From: Ministeria vibrans ATCC 50519
Lineage: Eukaryota > Protista > Filasterea
Direction of reading: 5' to 3'
NCBI GenBank assembly: GCA_943704425.1
Contig: CALSCP010000524.1
Coordinates: 1-64,000 of the forward strand
DNA: 64,000 bases
Shown piece by piece: positions 16,050 to 26,827 of this stretch. The notes beneath the pieces are model-generated. The model saw only the letters and a list, made by a program, of their open reading frames with translations, ran no database searches and had not been told where the DNA came from. Within the stretch, counting starts at the first letter, position 1; every line of letters starts with the position of its first letter. Both the position numbers and the translations under genes were made by a program.

Positions 16050-18428
16050 TTATTGCTGCTCAATGTACTTTTCAATGCTCTCCATCGGAGGAGGACTCTC
16101 GGGCTGCCACAGTCGCACAAGCTCAGCGCGAATCTCCGTGTCGTCCTTGCCGTCTTTCTTCATTTTTTCACTCACGCACTGCTCGTACTTGTCGTACCAC
16201 CAGCGAAGTTGTTTCCGATCGGGCTTGTGGAAAATGTTACTGTGATGCTTGTTGAGATGCTTCTCCATATCGCGCGGGTAGCATATTTTTCGGGAACAAA
16301 CAGCGCATTGCGTGCGAAACACACTGCGCTGATGAAAGTCGGCAAAATGCTGAGCAATACTACCACGTGATGCGACATGCATTGGCCTGCCGCGACACGG
16401 CACGCCGGGCAATAATGGGTCGTCCATAAGACACTTGAGCATGGGCTCACCCGTCACAGAAGTGGCACGCTCAAATCGCCACTGGTACTCAGTCGTGTCT
16501 TCAGGGCGACGGCGGCAATGCTTCTTCTGCTGCTGCATTTGGTCGTGATCAGCGGGTGCTCCGGCGTCAGGCACAGGCTCCTGCTCAGGGCTGCTGCTGA
16601 CCACACGACGCCGCTTGGCTGGGGGCACCTCTTGATGCACGGTCCTGCTCGGACGGTACGTCGCGTCGTCTTCATTCTCCAGAGATGAAACGTCGTCGTC
16701 AGAGCGGTCTACCGGCCATTCAGACGCTTCCTCTTCATCGTCTCTCTTCCCCTCCTCCTGATCTGCACTGCGTTTCCGCTTCCCCTCGCGACCACTGCCC
16801 TCCTCGTCTTTTCGAAACACCGAGCCGCTCGTGTTGAGTCGACTTCCGTACTCCAATGCCCCCCTCGGCGGGAAGCAGACCAAATCATCATCATCATCAT
16901 CCTCATCTGCATCAGCCCCACTCGCACTCGATAGAGGATCATAATCAACGCACACCTCACCATCCTCTTCCCTCTCCTCATCTTCCTTCGTCACCACCAT
17001 CGTCACTTCATCATCACCTAACTCCTGCGTCTCATCATTCGCCCCACTTGCTCCTCCTCCTCCTCCCGACGCGTCCGCCTCCCCGTCTTCCAACTTAACT
17101 CGCTGACTCCACGCCAAAAACTCCTCCGGAATATCGCCTGAACGCCAAATCTGCGCCACCTCCTTCTCAATGTCTTCCTCACTACGATCGGAGTGCTCGC
17201 TGCGGAGTTTCTGGCGCACAATTTGCTCGTAGATGCGTTTATAGTACCCGTTGTCCAAAAACTCGTCTGCATGGCGTCGATTGAAGTGCATGTGCATTGC
17301 GCTGGTGCTGCATGACATACTGGTCGAGCACAGAGCGCACAGGTAGCGGTGGATGCTCGGCACGTGAAAAACAGCGAAGTGAATGGCGGCCCTGTGAAGC
17401 GGGAAGCCCACGCTGCGACAGCGACGGCCGTCGGTTTGGAGGTAGCGACATACACACATATTGTCTATCATCCTGAAGTCGGGCTTTGCTGTTGTGGTCG
17501 ATACTGGTGATTGCTTTGGTGGGGTTGGGGCCGTCGTTTTAGTGTCGATGGGGGTTGGGTGTTGCGAGGCTGATGGTGCTCCTCCTGCTGATGGTTGGGT
17601 GGGAGGCATCGCCGTTGGTGTTTTCATTGGCATGAGTTCGTGTTGTGAGGCTACTGATGTGGCTGCAGATCGTTGCGGCGTCGTTGAGGTTGATGTATTT
17701 CCTTCCTTTCGTGCTTGCACGGCTCCTTTTTGCGCGTCTCCTACTGCTGTGGCTGCTGCCGCTGCTGGTCGCGGCGGTGTCGTTGACATGGTTGATGTTG
17801 TAATACTCGTGGTAGGGAGTGGCTTGGAGACCTCTTTTGCAGTCTCATTCGGACTCTCAGTGCTGCGCTTCTTCTTGTTCACATCCTTGGCTTTCAACGT
17901 GGATTCGGCGCACGACCATTCGTCGAGCATCGTGGTCAATGAGGTCTTCATGACCGCACCACCATCACTGCCCTTGCTCTTGGTCGTCTCCCGAAGCGCC
18001 TCGTTGGCGTTGCGGCTGTTGTCGCTGGCGTTGCGGGCGGGGGGAGTGCCAAAAGATTGGAGCAGACAAGAGTCGGGCGCGTCGCTCTCGCCACGACGAC
18101 ACAGCTCCTGGTCCACCATGCAGTCGGCATCAGACGCATTATCTGCCATAAACTTGGCTGGGATCGCGTGTGCGATGTATTTCGCGACGGTGGCGCTGGG
18201 GTGGGACGTTTGGAGATGTTCGAGCAACGAAACACCGCGAAAATCACAGTTGCCCAGAGCACACGTGATGAGCGAGCGGCTCTTCGGGTGGTATTGACGA
18301 AAGTGGTCAACCACATCCTGTTCGGTGGCGGCGCGGAACTCACGGTTGCAGCGTTGGCCATTTGCCAGAGGTTTGCGACACAAACGCATTGTGACGGGAT
18401 ACAGCGCGTCAAGGTCCGGATTCGACAT
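16050..18428 (-). CDS. Intronless protein with three paired C2H2-like zinc-finger modules (paralogue B)
   Basis: Single ORF of about 790 aa starting MSNP. The N-terminal module aligns with paralogue A (CNR.F...E.DVV.HF.Q.HPKSR....C....C...RG.SL.EHL...HP). Two further C-C-H-H-C-C-H-H modules follow. Confidence 0.8.
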   Translation of the reverse strand: MSNPDLDALYPVTMRLCRKPLANGQRCNREFRAATEQDVVDHFRQYHPKSRSLITCALGNCDFRGVSLLEHLQTSHPSATVAKYIAHAIPAKFMADNASDADCMVDQELCRRGESDAPDSCLLQSFGTPPARNASDNSRNANEALRETTKSKGSDGGAVMKTSLTTMLDEWSCAESTLKAKDVNKKKRSTESPNETAKEVSKPLPTTSITTSTMSTTPPRPAAAAATAVGDAQKGAVQARKEGNTSTSTTPQRSAATSVASQHELMPMKTPTAMPPTQPSAGGAPSASQHPTPIDTKTTAPTPPKQSPVSTTTAKPDFRMIDNMCVCRYLQTDGRRCRSVGFPLHRAAIHFAVFHVPSIHRYLCALCSTSMSCSTSAMHMHFNRRHADEFLDNGYYKRIYEQIVRQKLRSEHSDRSEEDIEKEVAQIWRSGDIPEEFLAWSQRVKLEDGEADASGGGGGASGANDETQELGDDEVTMVVTKEDEEREEDGEVCVDYDPLSSASGADADEDDDDDDLVCFPPRGALEYGSRLNTSGSVFRKDEEGSGREGKRKRSADQEEGKRDDEEEASEWPVDRSDDDVSSLENEDDATYRPSRTVHQEVPPAKRRRVVSSSPEQEPVPDAGAPADHDQMQQQKKHCRRRPEDTTEYQWRFERATSVTGEPMLKCLMDDPLLPGVPCRGRPMHVASRGSIAQHFADFHQRSVFRTQCAVCSRKICYPRDMEKHLNKHHSNIFHKPDRKQLRWWYDKYEQCVSEKMKKDGKDDTEIRAELVRLWQPESPPPMESIEKYIEQQ

Positions 18429-18577
18429 GCTTGCGAGGTGGCGACGACAGTACACAGCTCTCGCCTCTCTGGATCCTGATCCTCACTCTCAACAATTGAA
18501 ACTTCAGAAAACACTAAAATTATTCGGTAATTCGGATATTTTCCGTTGACCGATCACAACGTCAATTTTTTTTAGTC

Positions 18578-19434
18578 ATGAGTATCAACGCCGACAACAA
18601 CGACATGTCGGACGACCTTGAGCGCGCGCCGCTCTTGGCCAAATCCAAAGTGGTCACCATCAACCCGGACGTTGAGAGTGCGCACTTTAGCGCGGCAGGC
18701 GATGTGTCAGTGGGAATCACACACTCAAATCAGGAGGTCAGTTGATCAAATTTCTAAAAAAAANNNNNNNNGAGTGAACGAGTTCGGAAAAAGCTCCCAC
18801 TCCCGTGAACGAGTTCGGAAAAAGCTCCCACTCCCTATCACTTTCTCCCTCCTCACTCCCCATCTTTTTATACCTCTTTCTTCCTTCCCCCCCTCCTTCC
18901 TAGGTTCTCTCACACACACTTTCTTTCTTTCTCTCTATCACTTTGTTTCTTTCTCCTCTCTCTCTCTATCACTTTGTTTCTTTCTCCTCTCTCTCTATTA
19001 CTTCGTTGCTTTCTCCTCTCTCTATCACTTTGTTTCTTTCTCCTCTCTCAAACCTTACTTCGTCAGCCTTGGCAAGGATACAATAGCCAAGACAGGTAAT
19101 GCGCATGGTTGTGTCCTCAACATACAGCAACAGGTTGCGACTAGCGCCCTACCACAAACAATACACACACACACACATAAGACAATAACACGCACAAAGA
19201 AATGATACACCATGCTCTCACCTGAAGGACTTCGGACGCAGGCAGAACACGTTTGGTGAGGCCATGAGAAAAGTTGAGGAAGGTAGGAGTCAGCTTGGGG
19301 TAGTAGGCGAGGACGGTACGAATGCCAATATTCTCGAGCGTGCCAATTTTGTTGATTGCCCCCATGTTGTACGGCTGGTTTGTGCGCTCCTTCTCCGGCA
19401 CAAAATCAAGTATCTACAAAACCAAGACAAAAAG

Positions 19435-19468
<34 letters not shown>

Positions 19469-20570
19469 ATAAAATGACAGTGTGACCTTAAAACTCGTGT
19501 TATCGACTCACCACGCGCTCGCCCGGCACGCAGGACATTGCTCTTGCCATCCAGCAGGTGCACAGCGCCATGGGCGAACTGCAAAGGCAGCTGCTGGTCC
19601 CCAGCATGGCGGCTTTCCGCAAGCACCGCCGCGCACGCATTTCGCCCCTCATTACCAACAATCTCCTGCTCATTTCCGTCTTCTGGCAACTCCTCACCAT
19701 TGGCGTGCTCACCCTCATCGACTCGGTCATCCTCAAGAACCAGCATGAGAAGGTATCGGGCTCCGACAGTAGCGCACCGGGAACACACACACACTCACTC
19801 ACACACACACTCACTGTGTTTCATGTTTTGTCTTCAGTCGAGTCCCTCACTGGACGCAAGCATTGGCGTCATGATCACCTTTGAGCTGGCCCATCTTGTT
19901 CTTGTTGTAGTCGTCTCCGTCAAGCTATCAAAGCAGGTAAAAACCGCCCGAGAGATCAAGCAAACATAACAATACGTTTGTGCGTAGGTTCTTCATCGCA
20001 CAGTCGGAGCAATGTTCCTCATTCAATCGTACCTCAGCACAGTCTTACTCTTTGCTGGCCTCTACACACTCATCTTCAGAATGGAACCGAGCTCATGGTC
20101 CAACGTCGCCAAAGCGGTGAGAAGTGATATTGTTTTGTCAATGAATGTTCACGTCACACTAAATTTCGTGTGTGTATTAGGGGAGCGACGTATACGATCC
20201 GGGCTACATCGCCTTTGCATTTGCCAAAATGTTCTTTTTCAGCGTCTCGACGCAGACGAGCACCGGCCTGACACCCGTTGCGCCCGTCGCTCTGTACGCA
20301 GACGGTCTTGTGTGCGTTCAAATGCTCTCGTCCGTCCTCTACAACACTACCATTCTCGCAAAGGGTCTCTCCTCGCTCGGCGGTCTCTCCATCAAACCTC
20401 CCAAGTCCAACAAATCATCCACTTCAGCAACATCCGCACAGCTAGATACGTCACTCTCTGCCACTGACGCGCTCACAGCCACCAACTACGACACTCTCAC
20501 TGCAAACACCAACAATGTCACCACAACACAGTCCCGTCGCTCTTACTCCGCGGCCAATCTTGCTTACTAA
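18578..20570 (+). CDS. Multi-pass membrane protein with a C-terminal K-channel-like TM-pore-TM module
   Basis: Exons at about 18578-18736, 19533-19752, 19838-19936, 19988-20116 and 20181-20570. LLFAGLY helix, pore helix MFFFSVSTQTSTGLTPVAP, inner helix LVCVQML. Confidence 0.72.
18774..18835. repeat. Two exact tandem copies of the 31-bp unit GTGAACGAGTTCGGAAAAAGCTCCCACTCCC next to an N-gap
   Basis: Read directly from the sequence. Confidence 0.9.
19059..19413 (-). other. Two orphan coding exons of an unidentified gene, antisense within intron 1 of the channel gene
   Basis: Exons 19413-19222 and 19148-19059 have clean AG/GT borders and splice in frame to 94 aa (ILDFVPEKERTNQPYNMGAINKIG...LLLYVEDTTMRITCLGYCILAKADE). 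No start or stop exon was found. Confidence 0.65.
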
Positions 20571-20675
20571 CCTTCCGCCCACCACCACCACCACCACACA
20601 CACACATACACACACATCATGATTGTTCTTATATAAACAAAACCCGGTCAATATTAGACTCCGGAGTTTTTTTTT

Positions 20676-21938
20676 TTACATTCCAATGGGCCCAAACGAA
20701 AACTGTTCGTCTTCTTTTGCTTTTCGAATGAGCTCTTCACGGACCCTCTTTTGTTCTTCCTTGCGCTGCAGATACCTCTCTTTGGCCGCACTCACCGCCC
20801 CACTCTCATTCCTTCGCTCAACCAATCGAGATTTCTTCTCCTGTTCCTGCTTTTGCTCTTCCTCAGCGCGCTTCCGCTTGATTTCCCGCAACGATTCTTC
20901 CTCTTCCGCTCTTCTTCGCTTCCGATCGTGCTCTCTCCGTTCCCGCCGCTCTTCTTCCTCTCTCTCCGTCCTCTCTCGCTCTTTCTTCTCCCGTTCCTCC
21001 TGCGCCTCCTTCTCTTTCTTCCGTTCCTCCGCACTCGATTCCTCCGCCGCACTTCCACCCCCATACGCAACATTGGTCCGATCCAACAGATTCCGATAGA
21101 ACCCATTCATCCCACTCCGACTCACGCCATGTCGCTGCTCATACGCCTCTCGCTTCTTTTCAGCCTCCTCATCCTTGCGCAACTCTGCCAGCTTGTCCTT
21201 ATACGCTCCCGTCATAAACTGCTCCTTGTCTGCAAACTCCCCCTCTTCCTTCTCCAGCTCGCGCTGCGCCTGTCGCTCGTACAAACGCTCCTGATCCCGC
21301 TTCCGTTCCGCCGCCATGCGCATCAACGACTCAATGTGTTTTGGCTTTGCTTTGTCTTCGCGTCGTCGTTGTTCCTAACAGACGGAAGTGGAGAGAGCGC
21401 GCGCGCATGTGTGAGTGAGACGACTACACGGGTTGTCGTGATGTTACTTGAGGATCTCGAACAAGTTTCGCTTCGGACACTTGCTCGTACACTTCGTCAT
21501 ACGAATATGCGTTAGGGTCTTCCTTAAGGATTGCCTGTTGCTCGAGTTCCGCCTGTTAAGACAGAAAAAAAAAAAAAAGAAGATTGGAATGGTCATTGTG
21601 TTGTCTCTTGGCCAGCAGCAGCAGCGCCTTACGCGTCTCTGTCGCTTCTGCGCCTCTTTCTCGATCATTTTATTGGCGTTAGCACGCTCCGACAGACTCG
21701 TGGGCATCACAGGCTTCTTGCCATACTTAGACGGGGGTCTGCGGCGACGGTCGTCGTCGTCAGAGTCCGCTTGCTGCGTCGTTTGATCGTCGTCGTTGTC
21801 GTCGTCGTCGTCGTCAAAAATACTCGCCTTTGGCAGAGCTGGGCGCGCTGTCTTTGCCGCTGCTACTGACGCACCTGTCGCCGTCTTGACGTTCGATCGA
21901 ATCACCAAGCCGTATTGTTTTGTTGGCGCGCCCGACAT
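20676..21938 (-). CDS. NSRP1: Nuclear speckle splicing regulatory protein 1 (CCDC55/DUF2040)
   Basis: N-terminal KQYGL, then EDPNAYSYDEVYE, KPKHIESL...A.ERKR.QE...ER...RE.E.E.GEFADKE.F.T.AYK.KL. Two introns. Confidence 0.88.
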
Positions 21939-22062
21939 GAGAAAGAGATGGAAATAAAAGTAGACTGTAGAATATGGATGAATGATCATTATTGAAAAAT
22001 GAAATCTTTATTCTTTCGGGATTCCGTCTCTTTTTTTTCACTCCTTCACTACTTATATCAAA

Positions 22063-22774
22063 ATGGCTCGTGGACTCGCAAAGCAGCAGTCAAAGGAAAA
22101 GGCCACGAAGAAGGTGCGTCGGAGAGAGACAGACAGACAGACTCTATTGCGAAACACTATGCCACCGTGCGCGCCTGCTCAAATGCCTACTTTCATTCAC
22201 TGCAATGCCCATTTTTGCTCATCGTGGCGCCCGCAAGCTCCGCGGACACAGTGTGCTTTTTTTTTGTGACGAGCCAGATGTCATTTCGCATCGCATACTT
22301 CACTTCGCTTTGGCCTTTGCGCCGTCTCTGGTGCGTTGTGCGCCGTGCGCAGTGGCCTTGGTGCAAGCCAGCGGGTGTCGCCTGGCACTCGTCCGTGGCA
22401 CGCCCGTCGTTTCCCGCTCTGTCCGGCTGTCCATGCCAAGTGAAACCGACCACTCTCTTTTTTTCGCGTCACTCGCACACTCACTCACTCCACACGAGCC
22501 GCGTTTAACCTCACATTCTCCTTCCCGCACCCTTCCAGGCTGCCGGCGTGAACAAGGCCCACGACCAAAAAAAGGCCAAGGAGGCGTCGCTCACCTTCAT
22601 TTGCCCCGTCTGCAAAGTAAGCATCAACACACATGCAAGCGTACGCTGCTCGCGCCCTCTCACTCCTCGCCCCCTCCCCACTTGCAGATTCAAGGTCCTA
22701 GAAAGGCTGCAATGAGGGTGCATTTCGAGTCCAAGCACGACAAGTTGCCTGTGCCCGCTGAGTTCCTCGACTGA
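22063..22774 (+). CDS. ZNF706: Zinc finger protein 706-like (4F5/SERF N-terminus plus C2H2)
   Basis: Three exons give MARGLAKQQSKEKATKK-AAGVNKAHDQKKAKEASLTFICPVCK-IQGPRKAAMRVHFESKHDKLPVPAEFLD. Confidence 0.9.
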
Positions 22775-22891
22775 ACCTCAAACCAATCAATATCTCACCT
22801 GTAGCCACGTCCTTTCCTTTTTTTTTTTTGCCCAAGTACACCTTTCTTGTTCCTTTACTACTATGATTTACGATCCGTATCCTCCTCCGCG

Positions 22892-23972
<1,081 letters not shown>

Positions 23973-24087
23973 TCCAAGACTCAAGAGAGAATCAGATGAA
24001 GCAATACGAGTCACAAAAAATTGACTTCTGATTTCTGAACTATCTTGTGAAAAAATATTCAGAACAAGGTTTATTCAACTTAATTTC

Positions 24088-26670
24088 ATGGAACAGGATC
24101 GGCTGCTACGCGACGCCAAAGCACTGCGCGAGCGCTTGTCGCTTGGATCGGCGACAACGTCGCCGTTGACGATGAAACGTTCCGCTGGACAGGCGCAGAG
24201 CTGGTCTCCGTCGCCCTTTGCGAATTCGCTTCGCAGCTCAACAACGACCGTCTCCTCCGCTCCGACGACTCCTCAGCGCACCCTCGCCTCGTCCATGTAT
24301 GCGTCGATAACCTCGCCATCGACCAGGCCTAGTGCGTCGTCGTCGACGAGTGTGGATGTCGAGCATTTGCGTGCAACGGTTCACGCGCTACGCGACGAAA
24401 ATTCCAAATTGTTGGCGCAGTCGCAGATGCTCACGGCCAACCTGCGCGCCGCCGAGGACGCCCGTCGACTTGCACATGACAAGTGCGCAGCGACTGCCGC
24501 CGACGACAGTCGTCTGGTGGAACTGAGACGTGAGCTACAGCGACGCGACGACGAACTCGCCGCGGCCACCCAGACACAGCAAGGACAGGCCATCCGCATG
24601 CGAAACCTCCAGCAGGGACTGGTGGCGGCTGCAGCGCGCGAGGAAGAGTTTGATGCACGGCAGGGGATGCTCAACAGGGAAGTGGAGGAGGCGCGACAGC
24701 GGATTGTGCAGCTGGAGCGAGAGAGACAGGCGGGGCAAGCGGATCTGCACACTGCCCATCGCGAGGTGTTGCAGCTGACGGGGTCAACACGCGAGGCACT
24801 CGACCATGCGGATGCCAGTGTACGTGAAAAAGCTCAAGTGGAGCTTGAGATGGTGGGTTTGCGCGAACAGGTGGACGCTGCGGCACGAGAGGTGGAGCAG
24901 AGTCGGGCGGACGCAGAGAGACGTGTTGAGGCTGCCGAAGAAGTTGCGCGTCAACTGCACGCGCAGCTGGAGGAGTTGGAGCGTGAAAAAGAACACAGTG
25001 AGGTGCGGATACGACGTGCAGAGAAGCGAGCAGAGACAGCGGAGGCAAAGAGCCGGCAGGATCAAGAGCAACGCGCGGCCGCGACCGCCAAGCTAGACGT
25101 GTGGGAGCGTCGAGTGCGCGAGGCTGAGAGTGGGCGTGCTGCGGCTGTTACTGCAGTTCAGCAGGCGCGGAGCGAGGCAACACGTGCTCGCGAGGAAGTC
25201 GCGGAGCGCGATGCGGAGGTGGTGTCGCTGACGCGCGAGCGCGATGAGTTGCGTCTGTCAAGTGTACACACGCGAGACGCACTTGTGGATGCACGACGCG
25301 ACACGGACACGGCACAGGCTGAAATTGGCCTGTTAACGCAGCAAGCAGATGGAATGCGACGCGAGCGAGATTCAGCTGTGGCCCGATTGCGTGAGATGAT
25401 GCAGCAACAGAGTGTGGTGGTTCAGGAGGGACGGGAGGCGACCAGTGAGCGAGTGCGGCTCGAGAGGCGTGCGGAAGCGCTCGAGAGTGCGCGCGTAAGC
25501 GCAGAGGATCGGGCGGGACGCGCTGAAGGACGACGACGCGAGGCAGAGGAGCGTGTGGAGGCACTTGAGACGCGTTTGGCAGAGGTGAGTGGGGAGCGGA
25601 GTGCCCTGGCAATGGCACACGAGAAACTGGAGCGGGAGTTGGGTGGGTTGCGCGAGCGCACTGGGGAACAGGAGGAGCGTATGCGATTGGGCGCTGAGGA
25701 AACGGCGCAGTTGCGACGCGACGGAGAGCGGCAGCGCAAGCAGTGCGCGTTGATGGAGCGCGAATTGGAGGAGTTGGGGCAGAAGCTGAAGTGTGCGGAA
25801 GAAGGGAATAGTGGCAATGAAGCGACCATGCGCGAATTTGAAGGCGCACTGGAGAGCCAAGAGAAGCGTGTTGAGGAGCTTGTACAGGAGGTGGGGCGGA
25901 TGCGGAGTGAGCGAGAGCGACTGCAACGCGCATTGAGTGCTATGGGATCGCGTGCGGAAATGGCGGAGGAGCGCGCACGGGAGCACAGTGAGTGTGCGGG
26001 CAAAGTGGCACAGCTGACGATGATGTGTGAGGCACAGAGTGAGGCACTGTGTGCCGTTGAGCCGGATGTGCTGGCACTAGCGCATCGACAGAGCGTGGAT
26101 GGGAGTGCGTCGCCTCTGCGCGCGTCGGTGTTACGTGAGTCGTTGCGTCGCGCAAGTGACGCGGCGAGTGTGCGCGGCGCACGAGAGGCCAAACTGACGG
26201 AGCGGGTGCGTGAGTTGGAGGCAGAGCTGCGCGAGTCACAGCAGACGTGTAGGGAGCTCAAGGACCGTGAACACACACTGGTGGATGCGTTGCGACGGGT
26301 GCAGGAGTCGCTTGGGGCGACACGGACAGACACGGAGCGACTGAGGGAGCACGGCGAGCGCATGGAGATGGAGCACCGGCATGAGATGGGGATGGTCGTG
26401 GAAGGACACGAGCGAGCGGCTCGCGCGGCCAGCGAGGCTTTGCGCGGCTGTCAGACCGAGTTGGGACGTATATCGGCCGAACGCGATGCACTAAGGACTG
26501 CTCTGGCGCGCGTGCGCGAGACCAGTCGAAGTAGCAACACAAGAGGAGCATCTACCGTGAGTGCAATGAGTTCGCCAGTGGATATGTTGCGGGAGTCACG
26601 AGTCGCTTCGCAGACCGCGCGCCAGCAGGCACTGTTGGTAGATCAAGAGTTGAACCAGTATCATATTTAA
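24088..26670 (+). CDS. Intronless long coiled-coil protein (860 aa), function unknown
   Basis: Single long ORF with an S/T/P-rich head followed by E/R/A/L/Q-rich heptads, flanked by AT-rich sequence. Confidence 0.82.
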   Translation: MEQDRLLRDAKALRERLSLGSATTSPLTMKRSAGQAQSWSPSPFANSLRSSTTTVSSAPTTPQRTLASSMYASITSPSTRPSASSSTSVDVEHLRATVHALRDENSKLLAQSQMLTANLRAAEDARRLAHDKCAATAADDSRLVELRRELQRRDDELAAATQTQQGQAIRMRNLQQGLVAAAAREEEFDARQGMLNREVEEARQRIVQLERERQAGQADLHTAHREVLQLTGSTREALDHADASVREKAQVELEMVGLREQVDAAAREVEQSRADAERRVEAAEEVARQLHAQLEELEREKEHSEVRIRRAEKRAETAEAKSRQDQEQRAAATAKLDVWERRVREAESGRAAAVTAVQQARSEATRAREEVAERDAEVVSLTRERDELRLSSVHTRDALVDARRDTDTAQAEIGLLTQQADGMRRERDSAVARLREMMQQQSVVVQEGREATSERVRLERRAEALESARVSAEDRAGRAEGRRREAEERVEALETRLAEVSGERSALAMAHEKLERELGGLRERTGEQEERMRLGAEETAQLRRDGERQRKQCALMERELEELGQKLKCAEEGNSGNEATMREFEGALESQEKRVEELVQEVGRMRSERERLQRALSAMGSRAEMAEERAREHSECAGKVAQLTMMCEAQSEALCAVEPDVLALAHRQSVDGSASPLRASVLRESLRRASDAASVRGAREAKLTERVRELEAELRESQQTCRELKDREHTLVDALRRVQESLGATRTDTERLREHGERMEMEHRHEMGMVVEGHERAARAASEALRGCQTELGRISAERDALRTALARVRETSRSSNTRGASTVSAMSSPVDMLRESRVASQTARQQALLVDQELNQYHI

Positions 26671-26827
26671 AAGCAAAAAACGCGGGTGAGTAAGAGACGG
26701 CGAAACAAACTGTATTTTTATTAAGTTTATTGATTTACAACACAAAAAAAAGGAGGGAGAAAGCAAAGTGATCGAGAAAGATAGGGGACAAAGTGATAGG
26801 GTGTGTGTGCATGCGTAAAGTGAGTCA

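Noticed and set aside
18774-18835. 31-bp direct repeat as a CRISPR array
   Set aside because: Only two abutting copies with no spacer, in a eukaryotic context, with no cas genes.
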